The notes under the pieces: generated by a model
The model's database searches: none
What the model was told of the DNA's origin: nothing
The model's input: the letters and a program-made list of their open reading frames with translations, nothing else
Assembly (NCBI GenBank): GCA_965213685.1
Contig: CBDBZY010000041.1
Location: 128,001 to 192,000, forward strand
Direction of reading: 5' to 3'
Source of the DNA: a bacterium
Lineage (GTDB): Bacteria > UBA8248
DNA: 64,000 bases
Shown: positions 1 to 16,657 of the stretch, in pieces
How positions within the stretch are numbered: the first letter of the stretch is position 1
Layout of the letters: each line of letters starts with the position of its first letter
Position numbers and translations under genes: made by a program

Positions 1-299
1 CATCTAGAAAACGTTATCAGGGAGGGGAGTACATGTACATTCCACAATGAAACGTGGGCATGACAAAATGAAAAATAGGTGTGGTTTCTATTCTAAATTA
101 GGATATTGTGAGGGGGTGGTTGAAGAGTTGGGGAGGGAGTTAAAGAGTTAGGGGAGGGAAGCTTCCCCCCCCCCCCCAGTAGATGAAACCCTGTATATTG
201 TACATGTTGTGGATACAAAACTTGTATATGTATGAGATCCTCCTCATAATATTTGTACATGTACGTATACTATGTACTTCCATGTCCATGTTTCTACAG

Positions 300-2206
<1,907 letters not shown>

Positions 2207-2631
2207 TCATCACACCACTCAGCGCCATTGTTCATCCTCCTATAATGATGCACACAAAATGTACAAACACTACTCTAATCATAACACTGTGTACTCCCCT
2301 TAGTATTGTAATGAATTCTTTTCTAAAAATATTAATGTCATACTACAATATATGTATGTTCCTTATAATAATTTCATACTCCTTGTATCATGTGTGCTGC
2401 AGCTTTGTGGCCGATGTTACCAGATGTACATGTAATTTCCCCCATATTATAGCTGGGCATGAGGTGTTTGTCAAGGGTTATGGGCAGGGCACCATTCTCT
2501 GTGAACTCTGTACAGTATTACAATTACTTGGGTGGTGACAGGTGATATATACCCATACAGCCATCACAAGACAGTACAATGTATAATGTCTTGGTTTAAG
2601 TAAACATACAAGTACATAGTTAACTGAGTTG

Positions 2632-2775
2632 GGAGTTACCCTGTTAATGTGTTCATTGGGGGAGAGACCTTTGCTCTAGATCTTGCATGAATCTAATGGC
2701 ACATTTGGTAGAGCATGCATCTGCATGGTTTTGCAGTATGTTGCGGGTTCAAGTCCCACCTGAGGAACTCATTTC
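2632..2775 (+). mobile_element. Degenerate tRNA-derived SINE-like repeat
   Basis: A-box-like TTGGTAGAGCA and B-box-like GGTTCAAGTCC. The upstream GAGT.ACCCTG..GGGGAGAGAC segment is shared with the copy at 52314-52424. Confidence 0.5.
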
Positions 2776-5700
2776 TGTCTCTTTTTTTTGGGGGGGGGGG
2801 GGGGGGGGGAGGAAGAGCTGTAGATATTCAAGTGTATTTACTTTGTGTTGCCCAATAATGAATTGCCTTGTTGAGATTATGTACACATACATGTTACTCC
2901 CAGCCTTCTCTTGAGGTTATTCACAGATCTGCAGTATAGGATCATGTATGACAGTTTCTATACACTAAAACTACAGGTACATTCGCGTGTGTTTTGTACA
3001 TGTCTGCATGTGTCCTATCTCCCTTATTATGCTGTGATATTCCAAAGGAGGCATGTGGAAGGTAGCATGTGTTGACATTGGTCTCCATGGGGACACCATG
3101 TACATGTATGCCAGGCCATCCTTGGTGCACACAAAGTAATGGATGAACTTGTACACATGTACATACAAAAATTGCACATTTCAAAGATGATTTACCATCA
3201 TTGCCACTAAACAAAAACCACTCATACGTAGCTGCGCATTACTGCTAGGAAACTATAATGAAATTTCAGGTACATGTATGTGCTCAAAAGTACCAAGGGC
3301 GTAGTATCGCTAATGGCTCAAACCAGATGCAGGATGAGGTTCCACTTCCCGTGCGCATGCGTGACTCTAAGGAGCTATTTTGCTTTCTCGGACAGCGTTA
3401 GCGCCACACAAATCGCCTGCAGAGGAAGGTTACGACTTTGTACGGTACCCCGTACTCAGTATGGCGAAAGGCCTAGGGATTGCGACGTTCCTGTGCCTGT
3501 TGTCTACCGTGCAGCTTGGATGGGGGACACTTAGGCCGATCTACAGGCAGGAAGTTTCAGTACTCTACAACGGTGAGCCCGCGCCTACAACAGTAGGATA
3601 GCAGCTCAGCTGCAAACTGTGCGGGGCCTCGCAATTAAAGCGCTATGATAGCGCTGCATGTATAGGAAGCCCGTAATTTCGTCTCTCACCTCCCTCTCCT
3701 CTTCTAACAAGCCGTTAGTGAAAAACCGTATACCAGTTTTGGAACATGGCTAGCCCTATATAACCCTAGCCCACCCATGCAAACCAGTAGCTAACGTAAC
3801 CATTCTGCTAGGTTGGTAAGCAGTTACGCGTGCGTTAATAATGAGATTCATAATCGTACATATACGGTCTGTCTTTTCTATACGCCCAGTCACTGGCGAG
3901 TACAGACGGTTCCCTAATCAGACAGCAGTGCCAGAGGTGGACTACAATTACTTTATTGAGGACATCAACTTTCAAGCCGTGGGTGGGAAGCTTTTGGTGG
4001 GAGCAGCGTGAGTGCAGTGATTACAAACAAACAGAGCTATAGGGTTTAACGCTGCAGTACACACAATGCACGAGCTGTAGTTCATTCAGATGTATACTGC
4101 TACTGTCTATAATTATTAATAGCTACTTTGGAAATTTGTGTTCAAGTCGATATTGATCATATACAAGATATGGGTGTGTAGACTAAACTTTCCTTCTGGT
4201 AGGCTTTGTTCAATTAGTAAGTTAATGCACCATGGTGATCAAGTACCTCATACTTGGCAGCCCACTGTGTATAGTAGCATTCCAGACTAATGAACATGTT
4301 CTGACATCACACTTCCACCTTTTGCCATTTAGCTCAAGTATACACACACACACTGTCAGCCTGGAAGCCTACCCACAAGACTGTCGCCCTCTTCTATGCA
4401 GATATCCACCTTTGTCTAGTGATTATCGCTACAATTAAGGCCTATACATGCAACGAATCAAGCTTTAGTCGCTGTACAATGAACAGTAATCATCACTCAA
4501 CATTCACACCAAAAGTCATTCAAGAGTTATGAAGGACCAGGCTCTCTTATAGAGTTTACAAGGCAAAACAGGTATGCCACGTGAATTTGCCAGCATACCT
4601 GCCTGCATAGCCTGCAACAGTTTTTCTTTCTTTTTTTTCAATCTGCTCATAATGCTTTACAGCAATGCCGCTAATTATGTTGTTCATGCATTATGCTCCA
4701 AAATTTGCTCATTATACCAGATGGAAGCGTTTCATCTCTTTGTAGCAACTCCAATAAATGCTTGTTTTCAGGGAAACATGCATGTGCCCCTAAAGTACAG
4801 GACTCTCTATGGTTTTAGAGACTGTACCTCAAAAAGCATAGAGACAATCACTTTTTCACCAGATGTTTACCACTCCCCTGTGATGTCATTTATTGTTATT
4901 TCAGTGTGGATGCTAAGTGGTCAGTTTTTGCAGATCCAGTCACATACACTGGTAACTATAAATGCCTATAGAAATGCTACTGTTCAAAGTGACTATAATG
5001 ATCTTGAAACTGGGTGCTGTAATTCACTGTTGGAGGTCAATTTCGGTTGAGGAATAGCCTACTAGCTCAGTGATAATGAATGTCAGTGGTAGTGAAAAAA
5101 ATTATTATAGGTCTATGTACAGTTCTTGCAAGTATGCAATGTATAGGCCAGTCAGTATTGTATAGGTCTTTGCACACTGGCTGTCACTACTGTATATACG
5201 GTTACGCATGTACCTTCAGGCACTTTGCACTCTCGGTTCTTGGTATTTTTAATCTTGTGTGCACCTATCAGCCATGGTTAAAGTATAATTATATGTGCCA
5301 GTTGCAGCGCTAGTGTCTTTGCAAGTGTGTAATAATACAAGCCACCCTTGTATGAGTGTGTGGAGATAGTGCATTGCTAGCTGTTAGTGTAGGTGTGTGA
5401 TATGTGTGCAATGCTGGCGTGTGGCATTGCCAGCTAGTGCTGGCTGTAGGAGACTGGAGGATTCTGTGTTTGGTCTTTATCTGTGTTAATCGGTGGGTTT
5501 ATCCATGGTGCTGTCTTTGCATCCAACCAAAAAAGAATACTGATTAGCTAACATTTGGCTATGTCGACAGCTAGTCAGTGACTGTGCTGCTGTGTTGTGA
5601 ATTCATTGCATGAAGGTGATATTGTGTAGGTAGGCAGCACTGCAGGTATATATGCAAGTAGGCAACATTACATACATGTACAGGGGGGGGGGGGGGGGGT

Positions 5701-5881
5701 TAGATAGGTCAACAATGTAAACATACCCCTCCATTCATACATCAGCACTAGTGCCACATCATACTTATGCCTCTTTACGCATAGCCAAGCTATCCTGAGC
5801 ACAGCAACTCAGATAAAAAGACTTTGGCCCACATACCTGCTTCAAATGTGATACGTGACAACACTAATAAAAAAGGGTTTA

Positions 5882-6560
5882 CAGTGGAACCTCTCTCAAG
5901 GGGACACCCTGAATTAAGGACACCTCTATAACCCTTTCGCTTGAGTTCCCGCGATGGAACGAGCGAGCGACGTGACACGGTCTTTCTTAGATCTCCGTTT
6001 ACTTCCGGCCCTTCCGCTCGCCTGGCTACCTCCATGGCAACGGCATAGCCCGCAAGTCTCCTGGCAACCAATTCAAACCTCCGTATTCCTACAGATCGAA
6101 GCCGCGCGGCCCATTTATGGCTACGTGCAGAGCCCAAACTTCACTCCAGCCACCTCTAGCCCTCCCTCACGCTTCATCACACTGCCTGCTAGGCTTCTTG
6201 CTTTTTTTTTTTTTTTTTTTTTAAAGTATACAATAGCAGAGATGAAAGCTACATCAAAGCTCCGACCACCACATCCAAGCGTCGAGAGGCCACTTCAAGG
6301 GATGCGTGGGAGTTTTTTATCAGTTAATTGCCCGCATGCCGACATTACATCATCAAATGTTCCATATTTCTCCAGTTTTACGCTGTTTTAGAAAGTGCGC
6401 AAAAATGCGCACTTTTGAGAGCGAAAGGGTTAAACAGGACACATTTTCCCTCCCCAAGCACAGTGCTTATGTACCCTTTCAACCTGTGAAATAAGGACAC
6501 CTCTTTAATCAGGTTACTTTCTTCTGGCCCAATGATGTCCGGATTGGAGAGGTTCCACTG
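5882..6560. mobile_element. TA-TSD MITE (Tc1/mariner/pogo-type)
   Basis: TA|CAGTGGAACCTCT ... AGAGGTTCCACTG|TA. Confidence 0.8.
5932..6429. mobile_element. piggyBac-type non-autonomous element nested in the TA MITE
   Basis: ATAA|CCCTTTCGCT ... AGCGAAAGGG|TTAA termini. Confidence 0.65.
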
Positions 6561-9392
6561 TATAATCAACAGGTCATATCTGTGTTCCATTGTAGCCACA
6601 ATGTCATTTTGAAGGTTGATTCATAAGTCATTGGAAATAAAATAGTTTTCACTGATGTCCCTTGTTCACGTAACTTTCCTTTTGTCTTACTCCTTCTCCC
6701 ACTGTAGTGATCAACTCTATCTTCTGAACGCTGACCTCTCCTTATCCTCCAACCTCAGCTGGCCATCACGTCAGAGTGTAATAGACGAGTGCATTACAAC
6801 AGTGGGCAATGACAATCCGGTACATGTCAGCACACTGTTCCAACTGCCCTATAGCCTATCGCTTCTTTCTTTACCTCAGAGCTATGCATGTCGCAATCAT
6901 GTGCGAGTATACCAGCAGTTTCCTGGTCTAGATCTGCTCCTTGTGTGTGGCAGTAATGCTGCGGTTGATCCACTTTGCCGCACTGTGGAGCTGCAGGACA
7001 GAGAGCTGGGCACAGCCCACCCCACAGTGACTGCATCAGATGGCCTGGTGTCATACTCCCCTGAGTACTCAGGATTTGGGGAGTTCAGAAATGGTATCAC
7101 TATGTATGCATGGTATGTACATGTGCACTTGGTTCCTGATCATGCAAATCCTGAAGCTTACCTCCTCTAATCCTTCCTCACTCTCTTCCTTCCCCCTCAC
7201 CTTTTCTCTCCTTCCTTCCTCTCCCCTCCTTATTTCATCCCTCTCCTCTTCCCTCCCTCTCTCTCTCTCTCCCTTCCTCCTTCCTTCTCTCGCTCTCTCC
7301 CCCCCCCTCCCTCCAGAGTCCACCCATGACTCCACCTACTTCTCTGCTGGGTTCTTTCCTGGCAATCAGGGACATGGACGACATTTTAGCATCTCCTACC
7401 AAAATGTCACGGTGTCCTCTGACCCCTCTTCTCTGGAGACCACACAGCTGTACAAAACTGAGGATGCCAATATCCTTTGGCTGTTTTTTCCAGTCACCTT
7501 TGTGGGGTATTACAAGGCAGACTACTCGCCTGTCCCTCCTGCCTATGAGCTCAGCGACTACCAGTTTTGGTTTGTCTTCCTGCGAGAACAAGGGTACTAT
7601 TTGGACGTTGTCTATTCACATCTGGTGCGGATCTGACGCAATGACCGAGGATCTGATTCATCTCCAGACCCATCTTTTAATACCTATATGAAGGCTCGTA
7701 TCTTTTGTGAGAGAGAGAGGCCAGCAGGACGGGCATATACTAACATCTTGGACTACCAATACAACAGCATCAGTGAGCTGTTCATCTACATGTATTTATC
7801 TGTCTGACTGTCTGTCTGTCTTTCCATCCATCCATTCATCTGTTTGTCTGTCTGTCCATCCACCTGTTTGTCTGTCTGTCCATCTGTCTCCCTATCTGTC
7901 TACCGTTCTGTCTGCCTGTGTCTCTTTATCTGCCTGCCTGCCTGCATGTCTACCTGTCTCTGTCTGTCTGTCTGTCTGTTTGTCTATCTGTCTCTGTCTG
8001 TCTGTCTGTCTGATTGTCTCTCTGTCTGTCTACTTGTCTGCCTGCCTACACCTCTGTCTGTGTCCGAAAAAAATCTTCTGCTGCAGCAAGTTTTGCGTTC
8101 AGTTTGTCTAGTCGTTACTATGGAAATGGTAACTACCAGAAGTTGCTATATGGTGCTTTTTCTAGCCCAATGTAAGAAACCAGGCACACACTATCAACAC
8201 CTGCCTTTATCTGCCTGCCCCTGCTTTCTCTTCTTCCAGCACTGGTCCACTTGGCTCAGTTCTCTGTGCCTACCCAGCTGACAACACTGCTGAGACAGGT
8301 GGAGATGGGCGGAGTGAAGGCGTGTTTGACATATTTCGAGAGGACATTACATCAGATTATGAAGGCGGTCTTGTAGAGAACATGCTTGCGGAGGTAGGAA
8401 TGGTGGAATGAATGTATACAGGGTGTGTGCTCAATTTCTACTTCCACCACAAGTAATGGATGTTCCTCCCCCCTCCCTCCCTTCCTTCCTCACTCCTGCA
8501 GTGTATACCTTATGGTCGTGCAGATAACGATGAACAGCTGGTGCTCATCAACCCCTTCATTCCAGTCCGTCAGATTGGTACTGACTCTCTCATTCTGTTG
8601 GAGGATGTCATGTGTGTTACATTTAATTTACTAGAAACACCACACTAGTCTCCCCTTACCTGATCTTTCCTTCCTTTTTCCCTTCCCCTTCTTGTTCTCT
8701 ACTCATCTTTCCCTCCTCTTCTCTTCCTCTTCACCGAAGCATCACCCAGATAGTACAGGATCAGCTATGCATTGTGCTTGGATCAGACAGTTCCAGCTGT
8801 GTCAATCAAGATGTCCTGTTCTTAGGCCTAGTTACCTGTTCATTACCCATATTAGTCGATGGTATATGAGCCAGTTCTCTCTGTCCTGCTATATAGACTA
8901 TAATGTCCTATAGAACAGTCTTACTCTTTGTCCTGCTAGTCAGTTCATCCATATGCCACTCTTGCTCTCTCATCCAGACACTGGAAAGATTCTGAAGGTG
9001 TTGTTTGGAATGGAAGAAGGAGGAGGGAGTTTCCCTATCATTGCTGAAGAGATTGAGGTCAGTCCATTGTCATGTGACTGTCATATGATGCATATTGTCG
9101 CAGGATCATCACTACATTTTATGCCTTGCCCACAGTTGGATGACTCAAACAGTGTCAACAAAATGGCTTTACAGGTCAGTAAGAAGGAGGGAGGGAGGGA
9201 AGATATGAGGGAGGGAAGGATGTGTGAGTGTGGTGGCATGTAAGTGCATGCTACAATGAAGGAGGATCAGGTGGTGTACATACCACAGATTATGTGAAGG
9301 GTAAAACAATGCCGTGTGCATCCATGACATTGCATCAGTAGTCAAATTACCTACTTCATGCCTATAAGTACATGTGCACGCAGTGTCACCAT

Positions 9393-9822
9393 TAGGGCTT
9401 GACAAATTATGCTAGCATAAGTTTTGGAATAATAGGTAGCCTTTCGAACATGAGCATAATTGGGAATAGTAGGAAATAAAACATGCATAATTTTGTCCAC
9501 TGCACTACTTTTCTTGCATGCCTATGCAATTGTCACAAGTTAAGGCTTGTTTACTCTACAGCTACTAGCTATAACATATACAACTGGAGTCTACTTTTCT
9601 TCTCATCTTTGCAAGACTACATCTCTCTTTCTGTCATGCTACAATACAACAACAAAGATTGATCCGTATTAATGTACTTTTTTAATGAACTTTTTACTTT
9701 CGGGATAATGGGTATAGTATATGGGAATAATGGGTATAGTGCATGAGAATAATGGGCTAATTTTTTGAGAATAGTCAAAAAGAATAATGGGCAAGAAAAA
9801 AGGAATAATTTGTCAAGCCCTA
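9393..9822. mobile_element. hAT-type MITE
   Basis: TIR TAGGGCTTGACAAATTAT / ATAATTTGTCAAGCCCTA; perfect 8-bp TSD GTCACCAT; internal GAATAAT repeats. Confidence 0.9.
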
Positions 9823-10862
9823 GTCACCATACAGTAAGTAATGTCATGACTGGTGGAAGCCACATGTGTACCATGTGCTGGATGATGATTCTCAGATGAT
9901 GGATATGGAGAAGGTGCTCTACGTCACCACATGGTCCAAGATCTACCGACTGCCCTTGCAGAGATGTGAGAGATACGAGAACTGTAGGTGAGAGTTGAAA
10001 AGGGAGGAGTAAGAGCTGAATAGAAAACCAGGCCAGTTAACATATCCCTCTCTCCCTTTCTCTCCTCTCTCCATCTCTCGCTCTCTCTTACCCCCATCTC
10101 TCCACCTCTCTCCTTCCCCCTCTCCCTCCCCTTCTCCCTCCCCCTCTCCTTCAATCCTTACCTCCCTCTCCCCTTTCCTTCATCCTCCCTCTCCCACTAC
10201 TTCCTACCTCCCTCCCCAAGTGCATGTGTTGGCTCTCGAGACCCATACTGTGTGTGGAGCAATCGTGACCTGTCCTGCTAGGAGACTCCTCTCTCTGCCT
10301 CAGGCAGCAGTCAAGGCAATGTCAATGCGGATATGTAAGTTAGGTATCCAGAGATATCCTGAGATACCCTGCTACTTTTATACTGTACAGTGTGGAGTAC
10401 AACATGTACATGTGTCACCTACTTATGGTCATAATCTGCAATGTTATACTATATTGTAATATGGTCATGATTATATTTTGTATGTACATGGGTGTATGTA
10501 GTGACAAGTTCAATATGTGTGTGTACTGTGACCCACCCAGGTGTATTAAAATACTTTGCTATAGCCAGCTACATAAGTACATACTATATATTGATTGGTA
10601 TGTGACCATGAATAGTAGTTCTGAAAACGTCTTTCTTAATGCAATATATATAATAATAATATAATTACTGCTACTGCTTGTCTCTGTGACACAGACTAAG
10701 TGCATCACACTTTGAGTACGTGGAAAAGTAGACATACTACAGAAGCATAACGCAGGGTAGCTAAATGTGGGAACAATGAAATAGAGTAGAATTGAGAGTA
10801 TAGCCTACATGCATCTATATAGTGCCTTATTAGGATGCACAGTCAAATGTTGTATGAACATG

Positions 10863-11041
<179 letters not shown>

Positions 11042-11605
11042 CAGATTCTTCCAGAATATTCACACAGGGGAGTCTACTGGCTGTAACTGTTAGTCCAGCC
11101 ATTACTACCTAGCTACAATTGCATGCGAATACCTTGTACACATGTAGACATGTCCACTTCTGTCATGCCAGATCCACAGGTTGGGTTTGAGATGAGCAGC
11201 TTGTCTGTGAGTGAGGGAGCAGCCTCAGTGGAGGTCATCATCACTGCATCAGGTGCCACCTATGTGGAAATGTACATGGAGGATGGAACAGCACAAGGTA
11301 TAGGCAACAGGACTGGGTGCAGGAATGATGGCTGCTCAACTCCCACCCTCCCTCCCTCCACAGCTGGTTTTGACTACAACTCCACCACACAACTATTCAA
11401 CTTCTCATCTTCTAGCTCCAGAAAGACTTCTATTGCTATACTGGATGACGCAGTGTATGAAGGAGATGAGTACTTCACTGCCCATCTCCGTGGTACCACA
11501 TTGGGTGGGGTCGAGCTGACCCAAGACACACTCAACATTACTATTCAGGAGGATGATAGTGAGATGAAACTGTATTGAGTACCATCCTCCCTCCAATCCT
11601 GCCCC

Positions 11606-11784
<179 letters not shown>

Positions 11785-12636
11785 CTTCTCTTCTTTTCCC
11801 CTACTAGATATTTCTGTAACATTCACATCCTCAATATACTCAGTTAGTGAGTCCCAGTGCTATGTGACTGTGTCAGTAGAGAAACATGGAGGTGCCAATT
11901 TCCCTACAACAGTTAACCTCCTCACGCTCAATGATTCAGCAAAGGGTATGTATGGGGATTATTATGTGTGTATATTAATATCACAGGTAGGTTCATAGTC
12001 AATGCTGTATAGTTGGCTGCATGCTTGCTCTTTGAACGTTCAAATTCAACACTGTGTGTGAAAGAGCTTTGCTATTTCCCTGATCACAGCTAATGACACA
12101 ACAAGTTATTAATATTGTATCTTTGTTCTCCCTCACTCTCTTCCATTCTTCACTTTCATAGCTAATGATGATTATCATTTACTCACGACTCAAGTCACAA
12201 TCTCTTCTGAATCCTCTCACATTGTGTCCATCCCAATCATTAATGATGACGTACGAGAGGAGGTGGAGCAGTTCACAGTTCAGCTGAGTCTGCCCAGCGG
12301 CAGCACAGGAGTGGTGCTGGATCAGGACTCAGCCACAGTACAGATTGTGGATGAAGATCGTGGGTGCCCAGTTATTGTATGTTTAGTGTTCCCCTCTCAC
12401 CGTGTGCATGTTGCCACCCTTTCACCAGGAGTGAGTGTCCAGTGGGGGGCCTCTGTGTACACAGCCAGTGAAGATAATGGAACTGTGGAGCTTGTGCTAC
12501 TCAAAGAGGGCCTCTCATCATTTGGCTTGACAGTAACTCTGACAACAGAAGACTCAAGTGCAACTGGTACACGGCAAAAATGAGATGGTTATTTTAACCT
12601 TGCTATGGTTTTATCTCAGTTCCACTTGAATAACAA

Positions 12637-12906
12637 CAAGTATGAAAAACATTTTCAAAAACACAACTAACCCCATCCCTACATCTTTTTTTATATCTGA
12701 AATCATTCTGTGAGTTATGCTACAAGATTACTGGGAAGAGCAATTTTTGAGCCAAAAAAAAAAAGATGTAGGGATGGGGTTAGTTGTGTAGTCTTTGTAT
12801 AACATGTCTTGCCTGCACACTGCCATCCCTACACCTAATTTCTGTACTTTTTGGCACGGCCATCCCTACATCTCTATACATTTTTTGAAAATGTTTTTCA
12901 TACTTG
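12637..12906. mobile_element. Foldback MITE, same family as 35728-36044, with internal deletion
   Basis: CAAGTATGAAAAACATTTTCAAAA / TTTTGAAAATGTTTTTCATACTTG termini; inner CCCCATCCCTACATCTTTTTT / AAAAAGATGTAGGGATGGGG. Confidence 0.8.
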
Positions 12907-14108
12907 TTTGCATTTCTTTTTTTGCACAAGGGTATGTATTGTTCTTGCCACTGAAGCTTCTTTCAGAGTCCAGCAAACAAATCAGTGATCATAACAACCA
13001 TTGCTAAGGCGGGTAGGGAGGGGCTTGAACATGGTCATTTCTGACTGAGTTGGGGGCTGAGTCCCTCTACAAATTCTTGAGCTAGAGTAGCTACATGTGT
13101 ACCTCACTGTATTTAACTGGCCAACTCATCCCCGCTACATAATAAAGTAAGCCGCTGCTCGAACGCGCCATCAGATATGAGCAGCCTTTGCTACGTCTCG
13201 CGAACCTCTGATTAATAGGTGTGGCTTTGCGAGGCCCGCCCTCACGTGCTTACCGTTTGCGCCACGTGACAGTGGTTTTATACTCTAGAGGCTATAATTG
13301 TGGAGGGCATGTGTGCAGTGTGTAGGATGCCTCCAGAGGAACCTGTACTATGACAGGAATTTGGCATGCAATGGGTAAACAGCCCATTATTGGTGGTCTC
13401 TGCTATGTCAAGCTTAATGGACTAAAAGACTCTCCTTGTTATATTTACTATACTTATTAGTCTATCACTTAGTCCCTTAGTCTCTTCTTGGAGGATATCC
13501 AAGTTGAATGTAATAGTCACGTATGTCATTAGACACATTCTGTACATCTGTTCAGTGCCAGATGTTGAGAGATCAAACATACAACTGAGATAACCATAAT
13601 TAAGATGACCATGGACTTTTTGCAGTGATATAATATAATATAATATTATACGCAGCATATTGGAGTAACTGTGGTTGAAATGTTATCATCTCTCCACATG
13701 GCAACACACTTGCAGCACCTGGTGACTATGCTGCCCTGTCTGGGCTAGCCGTAACCTTCTCTCCAACTGACACTGCCCAGACTGTGTCTATTCCCCTAGT
13801 AGATGACAGTGAGGTGGAGCAGGTGGAGGTATTCCTAGTGAGCATACATGTACCTGTAAATGAGGAGAGAGTTGACATCCCATCCAGCACAGCCTCAGTG
13901 TACATAACCAACAATGATGGTAAGAAGCTAACATGCAGGTGCTGTCTTGTGTCAAAGTATAATAATTATGGACTATCTTTAGATATATATATGATTGGCT
14001 AGGTTGTGACATAGTAATCTAGCACTAGCCACACAGTTGAATTCACCAAACGTTTCGGCAGCAGCTCTTGTTGCTTATACTTTCATTCCACTGCACTGTA
14101 CTCATATT

Positions 14109-14150
14109 ACCACTGAAGAGGGCAGCTGAGTTGCTGCTGAAACGTTTGGT
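14109..14150 (+). ncRNA. Minimal type I hammerhead ribozyme (Penelope-type) in semaphorin intron
   Basis: ACCA-CTGAAGA-G-GGCAGC(TGAGTT)GCTGCT-GAAA-CG-TT-TGGT: stem I, CUGANGA core, stem II and GAAAYRUH. Confidence 0.75.
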
Positions 14151-14733
14151 GAATTCAACTGTGTTAGATTAGCTTTTGAGTATGGACTATATATATCTTC
14201 TATTATTCCCTGTAGATGTGTCTGTAGGCTTTGCATCCACTTCCTATACATCACAAGAGGGGCAGAGGCTGGATGTAGTAGTGCTAAAAGATGTTGCCAC
14301 TCCCTTCAGCATTACTCTTAGTGTTGTGATACTGATGGATGGCAGTGTAGGGGCAGAGGACTATGCTATTGCCATGCCACTGATATATATATGAGTACAT
14401 GAACAGTATACCACACTTCGAGAAAGAAGAAGAGTACAAAAGGAAAAACATGAATTTTACAACCATGACATGTGTGTACATATGCATGGTTGTAAAAGTA
14501 ACCTTTTGTACTCTTTTCTTTTTTTCTTTTTCTTTTTCTTTCTTGAAATGTGCTATACAACATGATAATATATATGTGCACATATATATACAATATACAA
14601 TTATCTCTCAGACTCAACTGCTTAGAAAATATACATGGATGTTAGCCTTAGCATGAAGGAGTCCATGTACTCTGTTACCTCTGCAGAATATATAGGCACA
14701 TTTATACCTGATCCCTCCCTACCCTCCCCCCTC

Positions 14734-14854
<121 letters not shown>

Positions 14855-15659
14855 CCCTTCTCTGTCTGTCTGCCTCTCTGTCTGTTCTCGGCATACTACA
14901 AAATTGCCACATCAACTCCATCAGGTGATAGGCTGTCCACAGAGGAGGACTGTGTGTATGGCTCTCAAACACTAGGAGCTGCTGTGACAGCAGTGCTAGT
15001 AATGTTGGTGGTTGTCCTTATCGCACTCAACCTGCTCCTATTCATGTGCTATTGCCATGCTCGAGGAAGAAGCTGGGCCTCACTCATTTGTTGCTGTACT
15101 CATGAAGCACACACGTCCACAGCTCTGGACACTCAATCATCCTCACATGGTTCCCATGTGATGGAAAAAGTGGAGTCCAAAGTAGATGAAGAGCCAGTTG
15201 ACTCTGCCATGTAAGAGAGTGGCCCTACATATACATGATAGCTCTTGAAGAGAGATTGCAAATACTCATTCTTCTCAGTGGAATTTGTCAGCTAGTATAT
15301 GTAATTATCAGAACATCGCATGTTGTATCTCAAATACTGACCTCCATTTGCTAATGTCAATAATTACATAGTGCTGTAAGATGTTGTGGTGACCTCTCAG
15401 AAATTAGAATATTGCAACCTCTATCTCAGTTATAATGCAACACTATGCAAACTCACCGTTAATGTACATCTATATATAGCCCATAGAAAAATCCGTCAAC
15501 TTTCATAACCTTTGTATCTTCTGACAGGTGGTTTGTGTTTACCCAAAACATAGCGCAACAGATGTCCACAAGTATTGTTTCATATGACAATGAAAGCCAG
15601 CTGGGGTGTTGGGGGCTTCGGATCAACTCCTCTTCTATGCTGTAGCTATAATATAATTA

Positions 15660-16480
15660 TAGCATGGCTCAACTTGGACGTAGGTGTGGAGACCTGCTTC
15701 TTCCATGGTCTCACTGCTTACACAAAAACATGACTGGAGTTTGTCCTCCTTCTACATGTGGAGCATTGCAGGGCTCACCATCATCTTAGCCAAGTACAGT
15801 GATCATGTGGCAAGGTGATGGGCAATAACACAGAACTGGCCACCCTCTTCCTCCTCTCCTAAAAGCCGTTACGTACCATTGTAAGTGCTCTGTCATGCAC
15901 AATGTTGTACAGCTCACAAGGCCACAAGGCTGTGTGGTCTGCTGATGGAAATGTGGACTACCTGGATCCAAAACATGCTCCTCTGTTTGCTGTAGCTGTG
16001 GCTGTTCTGCTCTTTCTGTGGCTTCCATATACACTGCTGCTCTTCCTCGGACAGTGGCTGCTAAGGTGCAACTACTGAATGATTGACCGCACTTTGATGA
16101 AAATAATGCCATTTTTGGACTCTCACTATGGCCCTCTGAAGGGATATCACTTGACTACTGGGTTGGGTCCCTGCTTTTGGTCAGAGTTGTGATTCTTCTA
16201 ATGGCAGCACTCAGGATCATTTCAACTAATCTTTACTATGGTGTTAATATCTTGGACTCATAACCTATTGAAACATGACTGTTGCCATGTTTGACATGTC
16301 TTTCTTGCACTTTTGTGTGTAACCCATGCACTTTTTCACCTAAATATCGAGAGAAATCAAGCTGTTGTTTCCTACATACTAAATGGAATAGAATTTCTTG
16401 GACTGGTCACTTTCAAAGTGCTCTCTAATGTCGAGTGGAGTAGGAAAGTTGGGGTGTGTCTTCAGGACATCCTGCTGAAG
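15660..16480 (+). pseudogene. Decayed 3' fragment of the beta-helix multipass receptor family
   Basis: Nucleotide-level similarity to 31460-32340 (AWLNLDVGVETCFFHGL..WSADGNVDYLDPKHAPLFAVAV..), with stops (ACATGA at about 15731) and frameshifts. Confidence 0.9.
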
Positions 16481-16657
16481 ACTGAATAATCCATTGCATG
16501 TACATGTAACACTTTTGTAAGCACTGAAACTTCTTGACAATTCGCCATCTAAGTAGCTCTGTGTACCATGCATGTGTGCAAATTAAATTACTTTTTTTAA
16601 GTCCAATATTAATTTTGGTCTTTATTGGAGAAAAAGATTTCTTTCTTTTCAGCAGGC

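Noticed and set aside
2700-2765. Possible tRNA gene
   Set aside because: A/B boxes are present but there is no proper cloverleaf, and the flank is shared with another repeat copy; treated as SINE-like.
4574-5050. 158-aa ORF in the semaphorin intron
   Set aside because: No recognisable motifs or splice support; possibly decayed TE.
9690-9810. Spaced GAATAATGGG repeats resembling an array
   Set aside because: Subterminal repeats of the hAT MITE; not CRISPR (eukaryotic context, no unique spacers).
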